Virus record (IMG/VR): IMGVR_UViG_3300036770_008715
Span: 1-64,000 of that record
DNA length: 64,000 nt
Reading direction: 5' to 3' (one strand)
From: a virus
Under the pieces are notes generated by a model. The model did not search any database. It was not told the origin of the DNA and worked only from the letters and a program-made list of their open reading frames with translations. Below are positions 1 to 9,754 of this stretch, piece by piece (the first letter of the stretch is position 1; every line of letters starts with the position of its first letter). A program made the translations under genes and the position numbers.

Positions 1-660
1 GAGCAGCTGATCAATCTGAATCTCGTTCAGATCAAACTTACTGAGGATATTATTGATAACGTAATCCTTTCCGCTGCCTGGACCGCCAACAATAAAGGTG
101 GCTCTTTTAGCTTCGATTTCTTCTGACATGGCTTTTTTTACCTTATCGTGGAGCTCGGCTCCTAGTTTTTTATCGCTATAGTGGCTAATAAACTCATCTC
201 TCTTTCCTGAAGATACGAGTCCCCTCATCTTCGAAGCTGACATCCCTTCAGCCCCTTCGGCATCAGGATCGCGATGTCCTGCGCTTTTAACGTGAATCTT
301 TTTGAATTTGTATTCTTTGCCGTTGTAATCATTGAGAAGTTTCTTAAACCCTTCAACTCTATCTGAGCCTGCAATCATTGTGACATGCGTGTGACCCTGT
401 TTCTCGAGGTGTTTCATTGCATCAATAACAGTCTTGTGCTCGCCACCGACTACATTGGCACCCTTGAACATCTTTCGCATTGCCCCAGTTTTATCTGAGT
501 GACTCAGCGGATTCTTTTTCTTATCCTGAGAATGAGAGGCAAAGACATAGTGCTTTCCGCCTTCACTCTCTGCATGAGACTGAACAGCTGAAACTAGTTT
601 GCCATGCCCACTTTCTGTTGGTGGGTTGAACCTGCCAAAGGCGAACGTTGCTTTACTCAT
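1..660 (-). CDS. HIGH-superfamily nucleotidyltransferase (cytidylyltransferase/NMNAT-like) fused to a P-loop kinase; runs off the window
   Basis: Not in the ORF track. My translation from ATG at 660: MSKATFAFGRFNPPTESGHGKL...VTMIAGSDRV...AGHRDPDAEGAEGMSASKMR..., then FIVGGPGSGKD (Walker A). Coupled to the upstream ORF by a TAATG overlap. Confidence 0.85.
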   Translation of the reverse strand, partial: MSKATFAFGRFNPPTESGHGKLVSAVQSHAESEGGKHYVFASHSQDKKKNPLSHSDKTGAMRKMFKGANVVGGEHKTVIDAMKHLEKQGHTHVTMIAGSDRVEGFKKLLNDYNGKEYKFKKIHVKSAGHRDPDAEGAEGMSASKMRGLVSSGKRDEFISHYSDKKLGAELHDKVKKAMSEEIEAKRATFIVGGPGSGKDYVINNILSKFDLNEIQIDQLL

Positions 661-1847
661 TATTGGTTTGCTCTGATTGCTTTGATACCACCACCGACTC
701 TATTAGCTGCTGCGAATCCAGATGGAGAACGATCAACTAACTTAGTCGGCATATTATTTAGAACTGCTACATGGCCCTCTGGACCAGTTGGACGACCATC
801 AATACTGTGTTCGAACTTATCGCCTTTGCCTGACGATAAGCTCTTGACCAGTTCTTGTTTGGCCTGTTGAATATGATGGTGGATTGCAAAGGTACGATTG
901 AAGTTTTCTTTATTGTCAGCGATATGGCTAAGTGCGCTTTGTGTTTCGCCAGCTGCCTTGGCCTTACCTTTCTCAGACTTTAGTTTACCTTCAGCAGCTG
1001 ACATCTTCGACTGCACATGTGCCTTGAATCCCTCATAACTTGGCTTTTCGTTAGAAGTCACAAGGCTATTGATATAGGTCTTAACATGCGGTAGATGAGG
1101 AGTAACGTGAGAATAGTCATGACCTTGGTTTAGTTTCTTAGCCTGATCTAGATGCGCTTTAAACTTTGACTTAGCTTCATCGCCATACTCTGGATTGTTA
1201 TCCATAGCAACGTCAATAACATGGACGTCTTTATGGCCTTTAAACGCTGAGGTTCCAGGGGCAAACTGGGCTTTCATGCTCTCTAGGTCTTTGCCCTTAT
1301 ACTCTGTGTGGACTGCAACACCAACCTTGGCGTTCTTTATCTTCTTACCTTCGGCTGAGTCTTTGGGCGTCGAATAGGTTATGGTGTTGGGCTTGAAATG
1401 ATATTTACCTTCTCGCTCTTCAACATCATCCTTGGTATACATCATATCGCCCTGATACACTTTACCCTTTGGAGTTACCTTGGGTAGATGCTCAAGAGCT
1501 TGGGAGAGTTTGCTAACTAGACCAGGAGCATGGCCATGGTTCTTTTCAATATCAGCTTTGGTGTAGTTTAGCTTGGGGTTCTTGTTAAAGGCAGACTTGG
1601 AAGCGACGAAGAACTTGCCATTGGCTGGATTAGTTCCAAATACAATGGATGGTGCTCCGTCGTATTTTGTTGTTATCTTAACAGATGACTTCTTACCAGA
1701 GAGGGCTTTGTGTGTGCCTTCGAGGGTTTTAATCGCATGACTAAACCCTTCTTTGCCTGCATTAATTACATGGTCTTCGGCATGCTCAAGGTGTTTGAGC
1801 TTTTCAGTAGCCAATGATTCGGAAATGTACTGTAAAAATCCTAGCAT
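660..1847 (-). CDS. Conserved T4-like phage protein (DUF6267-like) with RNA-ligase/nucleotidyltransferase motifs
   Basis: KYDG (motif I KxDG), FFVASKS, YQGDMM, PEGHV and TKLVDR occur in ligase motif order. The N-terminus MLGFLQYISE resembles a capsid-targeting peptide. Confidence 0.65.
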   Translation of the reverse strand: MLGFLQYISESLATEKLKHLEHAEDHVINAGKEGFSHAIKTLEGTHKALSGKKSSVKITTKYDGAPSIVFGTNPANGKFFVASKSAFNKNPKLNYTKADIEKNHGHAPGLVSKLSQALEHLPKVTPKGKVYQGDMMYTKDDVEEREGKYHFKPNTITYSTPKDSAEGKKIKNAKVGVAVHTEYKGKDLESMKAQFAPGTSAFKGHKDVHVIDVAMDNNPEYGDEAKSKFKAHLDQAKKLNQGHDYSHVTPHLPHVKTYINSLVTSNEKPSYEGFKAHVQSKMSAAEGKLKSEKGKAKAAGETQSALSHIADNKENFNRTFAIHHHIQQAKQELVKSLSSGKGDKFEHSIDGRPTGPEGHVAVLNNMPTKLVDRSPSGFAAANRVGGGIKAIRANQ

Positions 1848-1876
1848 TATCCACCCTATGGGATATATTTCTAGGG

Positions 1877-1884
1877 TATTTATA
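1877..1884 (-). promoter_or_regulatory. T4-type late promoter TATAAATA
   Basis: Exact TATAAATA on the minus strand 30 nt upstream of the ATG at 1847. Confidence 0.8.
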
Positions 1885-1889
1885 TAAGT

Positions 1890-2642
1890 TTAACGTTTGA
1901 TTGATTTACGTTTCTCAATTAGATCAAGAACTGATGCATCATTTTCTTGTTCTTTAGTAGGAACAAAGAGAGCTCTGAATCGATCACAAACGGTTTCAGA
2001 TGGACTCTGGACATAATAGATAGCCAGAGTCTTGCGAAAATGATCTTCGGGGCACTTCAAAGGTTCTGGTAAACCATGCCATGAGTGTTGGGTAGTATCG
2101 AATATCACAGCTCGATTAAACTTCAAATCATACTTCTTAACCATTTCTTTTGGTTTATTCGTTTCCTCATTGTGCGACCAGAACTCAATACCACCGCCCC
2201 ATTCTGGCTTCCAGTTTTGCGATAGATGGATAATTATGTTTAGTTTGCGTTCGTATGGAATTTTTGGGTGGATGCTATAGTCTTGATGGATATTCAGCTT
2301 CCCACCTTTACCATGCATATGCCAACCGCCACCGTTGAGACCATAGTCAGCTCGAAGGGTTAGATCGAATCGTTTTTCGAGAACGCTATTAAACTCTCTA
2401 GAGCATAAAGCCCAGAATGCTCGATATGTTGCAGGAGGAAACCTATCCCAAGAATTACAGGTCCGCTTTACTTCTATTGGACTGTCATAGGTATACCAAA
2501 CTTCACTATCGTATGCTGGGAATTCGGTAGTTAAAAGTTCAGCATACGTTTGATCGAAGAAATCATCAATCACCAAATGATCAAAAGGCTCATGACAAAT
2601 TTCTGTTTCTAATAATTTATCAATCGTATCACGATTTAGCAT
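1890..2642 (-). CDS. 2OG-Fe(II) oxygenase (prolyl-hydroxylase-like)
   Basis: HQD...WHG...RKTLAIYY facial triad/2OG motif; KFNRAVIF. Confidence 0.85.
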   Translation of the reverse strand: MLNRDTIDKLLETEICHEPFDHLVIDDFFDQTYAELLTTEFPAYDSEVWYTYDSPIEVKRTCNSWDRFPPATYRAFWALCSREFNSVLEKRFDLTLRADYGLNGGGWHMHGKGGKLNIHQDYSIHPKIPYERKLNIIIHLSQNWKPEWGGGIEFWSHNEETNKPKEMVKKYDLKFNRAVIFDTTQHSWHGLPEPLKCPEDHFRKTLAIYYVQSPSETVCDRFRALFVPTKEQENDASVLDLIEKRKSIKR

Positions 2643-2649
2643 AAAACCT

Positions 2650-3615
2650 CTATGGTTGAAATCCTAATTTATCTAATTTCAATCTTCCGCTGCTGGAACT
2701 TCTTCTTTCTACTCCTTGCTTCGATCTCAAAATTGCTTTTTTTGTTGATTCTTTTGGATCTGATATTCCATATTGCAGGATTCCTTTATTGCTAATATCA
2801 AACTTAAAAAATTGAACATTACCAGAAGTTACATCTACGAATAGTTCATGATACTTACCGTCTTTTTTAGATTCTTCAACTAAAGACTTTTCAAACAAGA
2901 AGTTTAACATAGTTCCTGCTGCCGCCCCATTTTTAACATAGTGGGCGTATGCGATTGGATCTGCTTTTATTAATCTCATTAGAGGTTCTGGTATTTCTTT
3001 TGGTTGGATCATAACTTCATTTTTGTCCATCTTCTCAAGGATTCTTGTATAGTCTAGTTTTTTTATTGGATGTTTGTTTGGATATTCTTCAGAAATAGCT
3101 TTCATTGGACCTGATATGACGTTATTATCATCCAATATTTTGAATATGTTGTAATATTTTGTTTTTTTCCATTTCTTAGTCAAATCTGAATCGGAATCGA
3201 CTAATCTTATAACATCTCCAGGCTTCAGAGTATTAGTTCCGCCTTTAAGCTGTTTATTAGAAACTAATATTTCTTTATTATTATGCAATAATTTGAAATC
3301 GTATAAACGTTCAGTATCGGAATCAGAATAAAAGACTTTAGATGTCTTTGAAATTCCTGTGATTAGATTATTATTTTTAACCAATATCGGAGCAGCAACT
3401 TCTGCAAAATAATTTTTTATCTCATTAATATCTGGTTGCTTCAAGCCAACAATATTAATCTTAGCGCCAGGCGGAGAATCTAGAATATCAAGACAAACCG
3501 ATTTCACTAATTTATTAGTTAGACTGTTTATTTTTGATTTAAGTAACTTCTCATGATCAGAAATAGATCTATATCTACCTGTTAATTGTAAATCTGATGG
3601 TTTTAGTTTAACCAT
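2650..3615 (-). CDS. Hypothetical protein, possible PD-(D/E)XK nuclease
   Basis: AT-rich and Lys-rich. FAEV...LYDF...ILVSNK resembles a degenerate PD-(D/E)XK core. Confidence 0.4.
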   Translation of the reverse strand: MVKLKPSDLQLTGRYRSISDHEKLLKSKINSLTNKLVKSVCLDILDSPPGAKINIVGLKQPDINEIKNYFAEVAAPILVKNNNLITGISKTSKVFYSDSDTERLYDFKLLHNNKEILVSNKQLKGGTNTLKPGDVIRLVDSDSDLTKKWKKTKYYNIFKILDDNNVISGPMKAISEEYPNKHPIKKLDYTRILEKMDKNEVMIQPKEIPEPLMRLIKADPIAYAHYVKNGAAAGTMLNFLFEKSLVEESKKDGKYHELFVDVTSGNVQFFKFDISNKGILQYGISDPKESTKKAILRSKQGVERRSSSSGRLKLDKLGFQP

Positions 3616-4991
3616 TACACTTTCAACCCTCTAAACTTACTGTATTTGCCCATATCAATGGGTTCGTTCTTTTGGCCTGAATCTGCTATATCTTTCTGGG
3701 CTGACTGCTCGAGATCATATAACTTCATCTTTGCCCGATCGATACCGACAGTGAACCTCTTATTTAGCGTTGGATCGTTATATCGGTTCTTGAGCTGCTT
3801 AACAAGTATCTGATTTAGATTATCAAGCTCTTCGGTTGATACCAATGCAAACATCATATCAGCAGTTGCAGGAAGACCAAATGACTCGGCAGTATCTTCA
3901 AGGCCAGGATCAGAGGAAGTATATCCCGATCGAGTTACCTGAGTGGCTGACAGAATCGGAACATCAAACTCAACCGCTAGCCCTCGCAGTTCTTCAGCTA
4001 TAGCTTTGACATACACATAGGTATTGACGTTAGATCCAGGCTTGACCCGAGCAGAAGCACAGATATTAAGATAATCGATGATAATAACATCAGGCTTGAA
4101 ATTCTTCTTTAGATTTAGTTCCTGCAGCAACGCCCTAAAGTGATTGGCATTAGCTGATGCAGTTGGATATTCTTTGATGATCAGTTTACCTTTGACTCGC
4201 TCCTTGAGTTTTTCCATCCGCTTCACATACATATCCTTCGGCATCTTCATCAGATCGTCGATGGTTACGTTGAGAAGGTTGGCGTCAATACGCTCAGCAA
4301 CTTTTTCTTCGGCGAGCTCAAGTGTGATATACAGAACGTTGTGGTTTCGATTCAACACCGAAGCTGCATAATGACACATGAACAGAGACTTACCAACACC
4401 AACACCAGCAGCTGCAATGTTTAGCGATTTTCTTGGGAGTCCACCACGTGTAATTTTGTTAAAATAATCGAGATCAAAAGGAATCCTGCTCTCCACACGA
4501 TGGTAAAAATCATAGCGATCGCTGTAATCATCAATATAATCGTGGCCAACACTAGGCTCGAAAGATACACTGAGTGCGTCACTAAGGAGTCCAGGGATAG
4601 ATCCTTTAGGTCTCCCTCCCTCCTTCCCGTCCAGAATGCTGATTGAATCCATGATTGCATTGTATATGGCCCGTTCTTGACAGAACGCTTCAGTCTGATC
4701 GATAGCCCACTGAAGATCTCGGCTAGCTTCAACGTTATTGATTTTATCGAGAATTTCATTACACGCCCTATACTCTGGTTCAGTCAGGTTTTGTACGTTT
4801 TGGAGCGTTAGACTTAGAGCTTCGACGCTTGGTGGGTTGTTGTACTTCTGAATGTAGTTCTGTATCTCCTTGAACAGTTTTCTTTCTGCGCTTTCTCGCA
4901 GGTACTCGCTCTTCAGAAATGGAAGCACTTTCCTCATGTACTTCTCGTTCTTCAACAGATTCGTCAGGATCAATAGTTCCTCTTTGTTCAC
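3615..4991 (-). CDS. 41: Replicative DNA helicase gp41 (DnaB family)
   Basis: AGVGVGKS Walker A, IIIDYLNI, AESFGLPATAD, KQLKNRY. Confidence 0.97.
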   Translation of the reverse strand: MNKEELLILTNLLKNEKYMRKVLPFLKSEYLRESAERKLFKEIQNYIQKYNNPPSVEALSLTLQNVQNLTEPEYRACNEILDKINNVEASRDLQWAIDQTEAFCQERAIYNAIMDSISILDGKEGGRPKGSIPGLLSDALSVSFEPSVGHDYIDDYSDRYDFYHRVESRIPFDLDYFNKITRGGLPRKSLNIAAAGVGVGKSLFMCHYAASVLNRNHNVLYITLELAEEKVAERIDANLLNVTIDDLMKMPKDMYVKRMEKLKERVKGKLIIKEYPTASANANHFRALLQELNLKKNFKPDVIIIDYLNICASARVKPGSNVNTYVYVKAIAEELRGLAVEFDVPILSATQVTRSGYTSSDPGLEDTAESFGLPATADMMFALVSTEELDNLNQILVKQLKNRYNDPTLNKRFTVGIDRAKMKLYDLEQSAQKDIADSGQKNEPIDMGKYSKFRGLKV

Positions 4992-5325
4992 TTTTCTTCT
5001 CCGCTATTTTGATCGACTCAATCAGCAATAATCTTAGTATATCGTTGACCATTGAGACAAATGATTTTTCGTTAATGAAGTCTTTCTTGAGATGACTTGG
5101 TGCCGAAACAATCACTGTCTGAAAATCAAGGAGTCCGCCAGCCCCTTCTTCTTCTCTGACTTTAATATCATCATATGAGAAAACAACGCCAGCATATCTA
5201 CCTTTTTTGATTTTGATGCCAAGCTGGTCAGAATCAACAACCTCGATCAGCTCATCAAGATTGATTGTCTTTTTAGCTAACCAAAAATCAAAGGTTGCTT
5301 TCTTATTCTTCAGATACTTGAGCAT
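4780..5325 (-). CDS. gp40-like head vertex assembly chaperone, 3' end overlapping gene 41
   Basis: Lies between uvsX and 41 as T4 gene 40 does. IKKGRYAGVVFSY...LLDF pattern. Likely start is ATG 5325 (MLKYLK). Confidence 0.55.
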   Translation of the reverse strand: MLKYLKNKKATFDFWLAKKTINLDELIEVVDSDQLGIKIKKGRYAGVVFSYDDIKVREEEGAGGLLDFQTVIVSAPSHLKKDFINEKSFVSMVNDILRLLLIESIKIAEKKSEQRGTIDPDESVEEREVHEESASISEERVPARKRRKKTVQGDTELHSEVQQPTKRRSSKSNAPKRTKPD

Positions 5326-6340
5326 TAACTTGACCATATAGAAATTCCTTCTGGCAGTAGTCATCGATTTTTGTTAGCATATCATCAGAGAAATACTTAG
5401 TTGGGTTCTTGATGATTGCATTTTCAAACGCTTTAGTTCCATCAGGGAACTCATACTTGTTTGCAACTTTCTTGACCAGACCAGCAGCTTCGGCAAAATC
5501 AAGAAGGCCATAGTGTTTATCAAGGCCGCGATCGAAGTATAGCAGCGTTTCTACTTTCTTGTTCTCAATCGTCATTCGAGACTTGTTTAGCTTGGCGGTA
5601 ATAATGTTACCAACATGTGCATCACCTTGCTTTTCTTTTTTCTTGCTGAGGAAGATAATCGTCGAAGCAGCATAGGTAAGACCGTCGCCACCACCCATCT
5701 TTTTGGTTGGGATATAGGAACCAACAACATCATACACATGGTTTGTGATGATCATTGGAACTTTGGCTCGACCAAGTTTCAGCGTAAGAACTCGGAATGC
5801 GCCACGAACTAGTTGCGCCCGAGTCATATCGCGAGTATCTTTGCCGTCGGCAATATCATTAACTTCTTTTTGGGTCGACAGCATACCAAGTGAATCAAGC
5901 ACCATCATGATGGGCTTACGATCAGATTCTTTTTCTTCCAGATATTTGTCAAGGATACGAACTGCCTGAGTACGAAACTCTTGAATAGTTGTTACTGGCA
6001 ACAAGAAGATTCGAGCAGTATCAATACCACGATCTTCCATCATCTGTTTGGTAATAGCAGACTCTGACTCAAAGTAGAACACACCACCTTCTGGATTATC
6101 ATTGAGGAATTGTTTGGCGATGTTCAATGCATAAAAAGTTTTACCAGTCGAAGGTTCACCAGCAAGTGCAGTTACTTTGTTGTTAGGCATCCCACCATGG
6201 ATTGATCCTGATAGCAATGCATTCAATGAATAGCTGCCAGTGTCGACATAGCCACTCACATCTGCATCAGTACCTTCTTCAACAGCGCTGGCAAATTCGT
6301 TACCAGCTTCTTTCAACAAAGATTTAAATAGATTACTCAT
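5303..6340 (-). CDS. uvsX: RecA-like recombinase UvsX
   Basis: GEPSTGKT Walker A, VLDSLGML, RDMTRAQ, MGGG. Confidence 0.96.
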   Translation of the reverse strand: MSNLFKSLLKEAGNEFASAVEEGTDADVSGYVDTGSYSLNALLSGSIHGGMPNNKVTALAGEPSTGKTFYALNIAKQFLNDNPEGGVFYFESESAITKQMMEDRGIDTARIFLLPVTTIQEFRTQAVRILDKYLEEKESDRKPIMMVLDSLGMLSTQKEVNDIADGKDTRDMTRAQLVRGAFRVLTLKLGRAKVPMIITNHVYDVVGSYIPTKKMGGGDGLTYAASTIIFLSKKKEKQGDAHVGNIITAKLNKSRMTIENKKVETLLYFDRGLDKHYGLLDFAEAAGLVKKVANKYEFPDGTKAFENAIIKNPTKYFSDDMLTKIDDYCQKEFLYGQVNAQVSEE

Positions 6341-7226
6341 TACGATCACCCTCTTTTACGATTTGATGCCAAAATTTCTTAACTCCAAACTCAGTCTCTT
6401 GTTTCATTTCTTTTCCAATATCAAATGCCTCTGGTTCAGGTTTCTTTCTATTATACTTCCTTTTAGGAGCAATAACAACTATTTCTTTTGGTTTATCTGC
6501 TAACGATACGTTTCCTGCTATCAAAAGCATCACAGCAAGTGGATCAAATACAACAATAAGCAAAATGATGACAAAGCGCACAGCTTTGTCAAAATGATCT
6601 TGTGCTCCGTCTTCATAGATTAACTCCGCAATATATTTTAGTGGGCCTACTTCGACTTCTTGTTTTTTCACAGTAACATTAAGTTTGTTGACGTTTTCTC
6701 TGAGTGCCAATACCTCAGTTTCAACAGACTGACGTCTATCTTCAAGTTCATTTCGCTGCTTATCAATATTGCCTTTTTGCTCAAGACCTTTTGTTAAGCT
6801 GCCGAGTTCAACATAACGAGCATAGGTTTCATCTAGGGCAAGTATCTGTTTGTCAATTGAAGCAATCAATCTTTGTTTGGCTTCGATCTTCTGAGTCAAC
6901 GTTTGTATTTGATAATCAACATCAGCACCAGAAGTTAGTGAGTGTTCAAGATGCGCTCTAGATAGAAACCCAAACACGCCCATCGATGTAATGAACATCA
7001 ATAGCAAGATGGCAATCATCAGATATGACTTGAGGAATCTGGGTGCAATATCCCAGTTTCTGTATAGCCAAGATACAGCTACAAGTTTGGCAAACTCAAG
7101 TGTTGATCCCATGGCAGCAACAGCAAACGTTGCTCCTGGGAATATCGCTATAAGTCCAATGATTGAATAGTAAGCAGCAGCGATTGATAATAGAAATCCT
7201 GATAGGAATGCTAGGGCTGTTATCAT
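6333..7226 (-). CDS. Membrane protein with central coiled coil (about 4 TM segments)
   Basis: Three N-terminal hydrophobic helices, a heptad-rich middle, and EVGPLKYIA followed by TM ...VFDPLAV. Confidence 0.7.
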   Translation of the reverse strand: MITALAFLSGFLLSIAAAYYSIIGLIAIFPGATFAVAAMGSTLEFAKLVAVSWLYRNWDIAPRFLKSYLMIAILLLMFITSMGVFGFLSRAHLEHSLTSGADVDYQIQTLTQKIEAKQRLIASIDKQILALDETYARYVELGSLTKGLEQKGNIDKQRNELEDRRQSVETEVLALRENVNKLNVTVKKQEVEVGPLKYIAELIYEDGAQDHFDKAVRFVIILLIVVFDPLAVMLLIAGNVSLADKPKEIVVIAPKRKYNRKKPEPEAFDIGKEMKQETEFGVKKFWHQIVKEGDRNE

Positions 7227-9754
7227 CCAAAGAAGTCTTCGAGGGTTGATATCTTTTCTGTTTTCCAGTTAATGCAGTCTAGAACAATTTTGAGAGGTTC
7301 AATGAATGACTTCTCGAATTGCGTATCATAGTCAATGTATTTATCAATACCAAATTCTGGCGGCACAATGCTTATGAATGCAATGGTATTATTCATGAAT
7401 GGATTTGGTTGCTTGAGATAACAGAACTTGATCTTTTCGCCCTCTTTGATTGCTTCATATCTTTTAGTCAGTCCATGTTTCTTCAGTTGATCATTATAGA
7501 TGATTGAGCCCTTAACATGAATTGGTGTTGCTGATTTAAACATGTTAACTTTATCGCGATATTTCGTAAGGCCGTTCACGCTGCGAGGAAAGGAGATCTG
7601 ATCAATCTTGAGTGTTCGGAATTCCTCGCGGAACTTCGCAATATACTCAATCATGTCATCTTCAGTTTTCTCCATGATAACCTTTAGTGCTTCTTTAATC
7701 TTTACTCGGCAGGCTGATGGTGTCGAAGACTTAACAGCTTCGAGGCCCATGATCTTCAACTTTGGCTCTTTGTATTCAACACCCTCGTTGTTCCAGACAT
7801 TGAGGATGTATCGCTTCTTGGCAGTCCAGATTGCTTTGTCTGCAATAGCTTCTCGCTTCATAATCATCTTCTGATCATAAGCATTAACATATTCGGCAAG
7901 TTGCCCATAGAAATCATCAATTGTTTTTTGCACTTTATCTTCACAGGCTTTGTCTAGCCAACGAACAATATCGATAGTAGGTTTCTTTTGCATTCCAACT
8001 TTCTTAACAAGTGGACCAAGATGTAGATAGATTGAATCTGTATCTGATGCAATCACATAATCCTCACCCTTAGTCTTGAGCAAATCATTGAGCCACTCAT
8101 TCATTTTATTTTCAATCCAGCGAATCGAAAGCTGGCCAGAAAGAGTGATTGCTTCGGCGATTCGAATATCAAAGAAGCGAAAGTATTTGTTACCTAGCGC
8201 ACCATAAGCTGAGTTCAGTGATACTTTCTTGGCCAGCTGTAGATTATTATATCTTGATATTTCTTTCTCAAGATATTCTTCTTGGTTAGGATCACCTTTG
8301 GCTTTCTCAAGTTTCTTTTTGGCATCGTTGGCCATCTTCTTGTACTTTGATCGATCAACATACATGTCTGACATAATTTCGCAGAGCAGGCCACGTTTGT
8401 CTGTTCGAAAGAACTGGCCGTTGGGAGTCATCGTGGCATTTTGTTGCTTGAGGAAATCTAAATTCGTCTTTTGATTGAGTAGATTCTCAACCCCAGGCTT
8501 ACCAACCTTATACATTTCTTGGCTGTAATTATCTGGCTCAATCAATGTTTCCATTGAAATGTTATACTGCATAATTAGGTGAGGATACAGCGAGTTCAAG
8601 TCAAATGAAACAACCCAATCGTGCATACCAACTTGTGGATCTTTAACATATGCGCCTTCATATGCTGCAAACTTCTCGCCATTCTTCATCTGTGGAATAA
8701 CGATCTTATTTTTCTTTAGGTGGTTGTAGATGATAGTATCCCACATTCGAACCTGAGTGAACACATCGTCAATATTAACTTTGTTATCGTATGCCAGAGT
8801 CAATGCAAGTTCAATCAATCGACCCTTGTCATTCAGACGTTCAACAAGCTCAACGTCTTTGATGTTATACTCAAGAAACTTTTGGAAGTCTTTGAGATAC
8901 AACTGATGAAGAGTTTCATGCTCAGAGTAATCTAGTTTCTTCTCGCCTATTTCATAGTTGGCTACATGATCAAGTCGATATGACTCTTGTGGTGTGTATG
9001 AATACTTCTTGTAAAGATCAAGATAATCAAGAGTGGCAATGCCAATGATGTCGTATGTGAACTGCTCACGATTCATGATGACTGCTTTGCGCTCATGAAT
9101 GCGTTTCCAAGGTGACAGCTTTCGCGCTTCGTCTTCACCAAACACTGACTTGATTCGATTAACAAGATATGGAATATCAAAGAAGCCTACGTTCCAACCA
9201 CTAATTACATCAGGCCAGATTATTGTCCATTCTTCAATGAACTTACGCAGCAATGTTATCTCATCATCGCATTTGATATACTTCACATCTTCGCGGTCAG
9301 TTTTAAAACTGCCAATACCCATTGAGATAATTTTATCTTTGACCTTCATCGTGACTGCGATGACGGGTTGATCAGCAGTTCTTGGGTCTGGGAATCCATT
9401 TTCTGATGTAACCTCGATGTCAAGATAGACAATCCGAATATTGTCAATATCCCACATCACATCATCAGGGAACTCGTCTGAGATAAATGCATACTCATAA
9501 CGATTATTGCCATAGATTGGGAAAGTTTCAACATCCTTGTATTTCTCAAGAAACTCGCGGCAATCTGGTATAGTGCCAGGCTGAATAGGCTCCACAGATT
9601 GCCCATGGAGCGTTTTGTATTCAGACTTGTTTTTAGAAGGGACGTAGAAAGTTGGAAAATACTCTATCTTACGAGCGATACGCTTGCCGTTTTCGACGCC
9701 TCGATAGAGTATGTTTTTTCCTTGGAGCGCAACATTAGTATAGAATGAACTCAT
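7223..9754 (-). CDS. 43: Family B DNA polymerase gp43
   Basis: Exo DIE, SFDLNSLYP, KVSLNSAYG, SDTDS and KKRY motifs. Uninterrupted. C-terminal peptide STLEDFFG. Confidence 0.98.
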   Translation of the reverse strand: MSSFYTNVALQGKNILYRGVENGKRIARKIEYFPTFYVPSKNKSEYKTLHGQSVEPIQPGTIPDCREFLEKYKDVETFPIYGNNRYEYAFISDEFPDDVMWDIDNIRIVYLDIEVTSENGFPDPRTADQPVIAVTMKVKDKIISMGIGSFKTDREDVKYIKCDDEITLLRKFIEEWTIIWPDVISGWNVGFFDIPYLVNRIKSVFGEDEARKLSPWKRIHERKAVIMNREQFTYDIIGIATLDYLDLYKKYSYTPQESYRLDHVANYEIGEKKLDYSEHETLHQLYLKDFQKFLEYNIKDVELVERLNDKGRLIELALTLAYDNKVNIDDVFTQVRMWDTIIYNHLKKNKIVIPQMKNGEKFAAYEGAYVKDPQVGMHDWVVSFDLNSLYPHLIMQYNISMETLIEPDNYSQEMYKVGKPGVENLLNQKTNLDFLKQQNATMTPNGQFFRTDKRGLLCEIMSDMYVDRSKYKKMANDAKKKLEKAKGDPNQEEYLEKEISRYNNLQLAKKVSLNSAYGALGNKYFRFFDIRIAEAITLSGQLSIRWIENKMNEWLNDLLKTKGEDYVIASDTDSIYLHLGPLVKKVGMQKKPTIDIVRWLDKACEDKVQKTIDDFYGQLAEYVNAYDQKMIMKREAIADKAIWTAKKRYILNVWNNEGVEYKEPKLKIMGLEAVKSSTPSACRVKIKEALKVIMEKTEDDMIEYIAKFREEFRTLKIDQISFPRSVNGLTKYRDKVNMFKSATPIHVKGSIIYNDQLKKHGLTKRYEAIKEGEKIKFCYLKQPNPFMNNTIAFISIVPPEFGIDKYIDYDTQFEKSFIEPLKIVLDCINWKTEKISTLEDFFG

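Noticed and set aside
3615-9754. Introns or inteins in helicase, UvsX or polymerase (also checked for terminase)
   Set aside because: All are continuous and of normal length, with no intein-like insertions.
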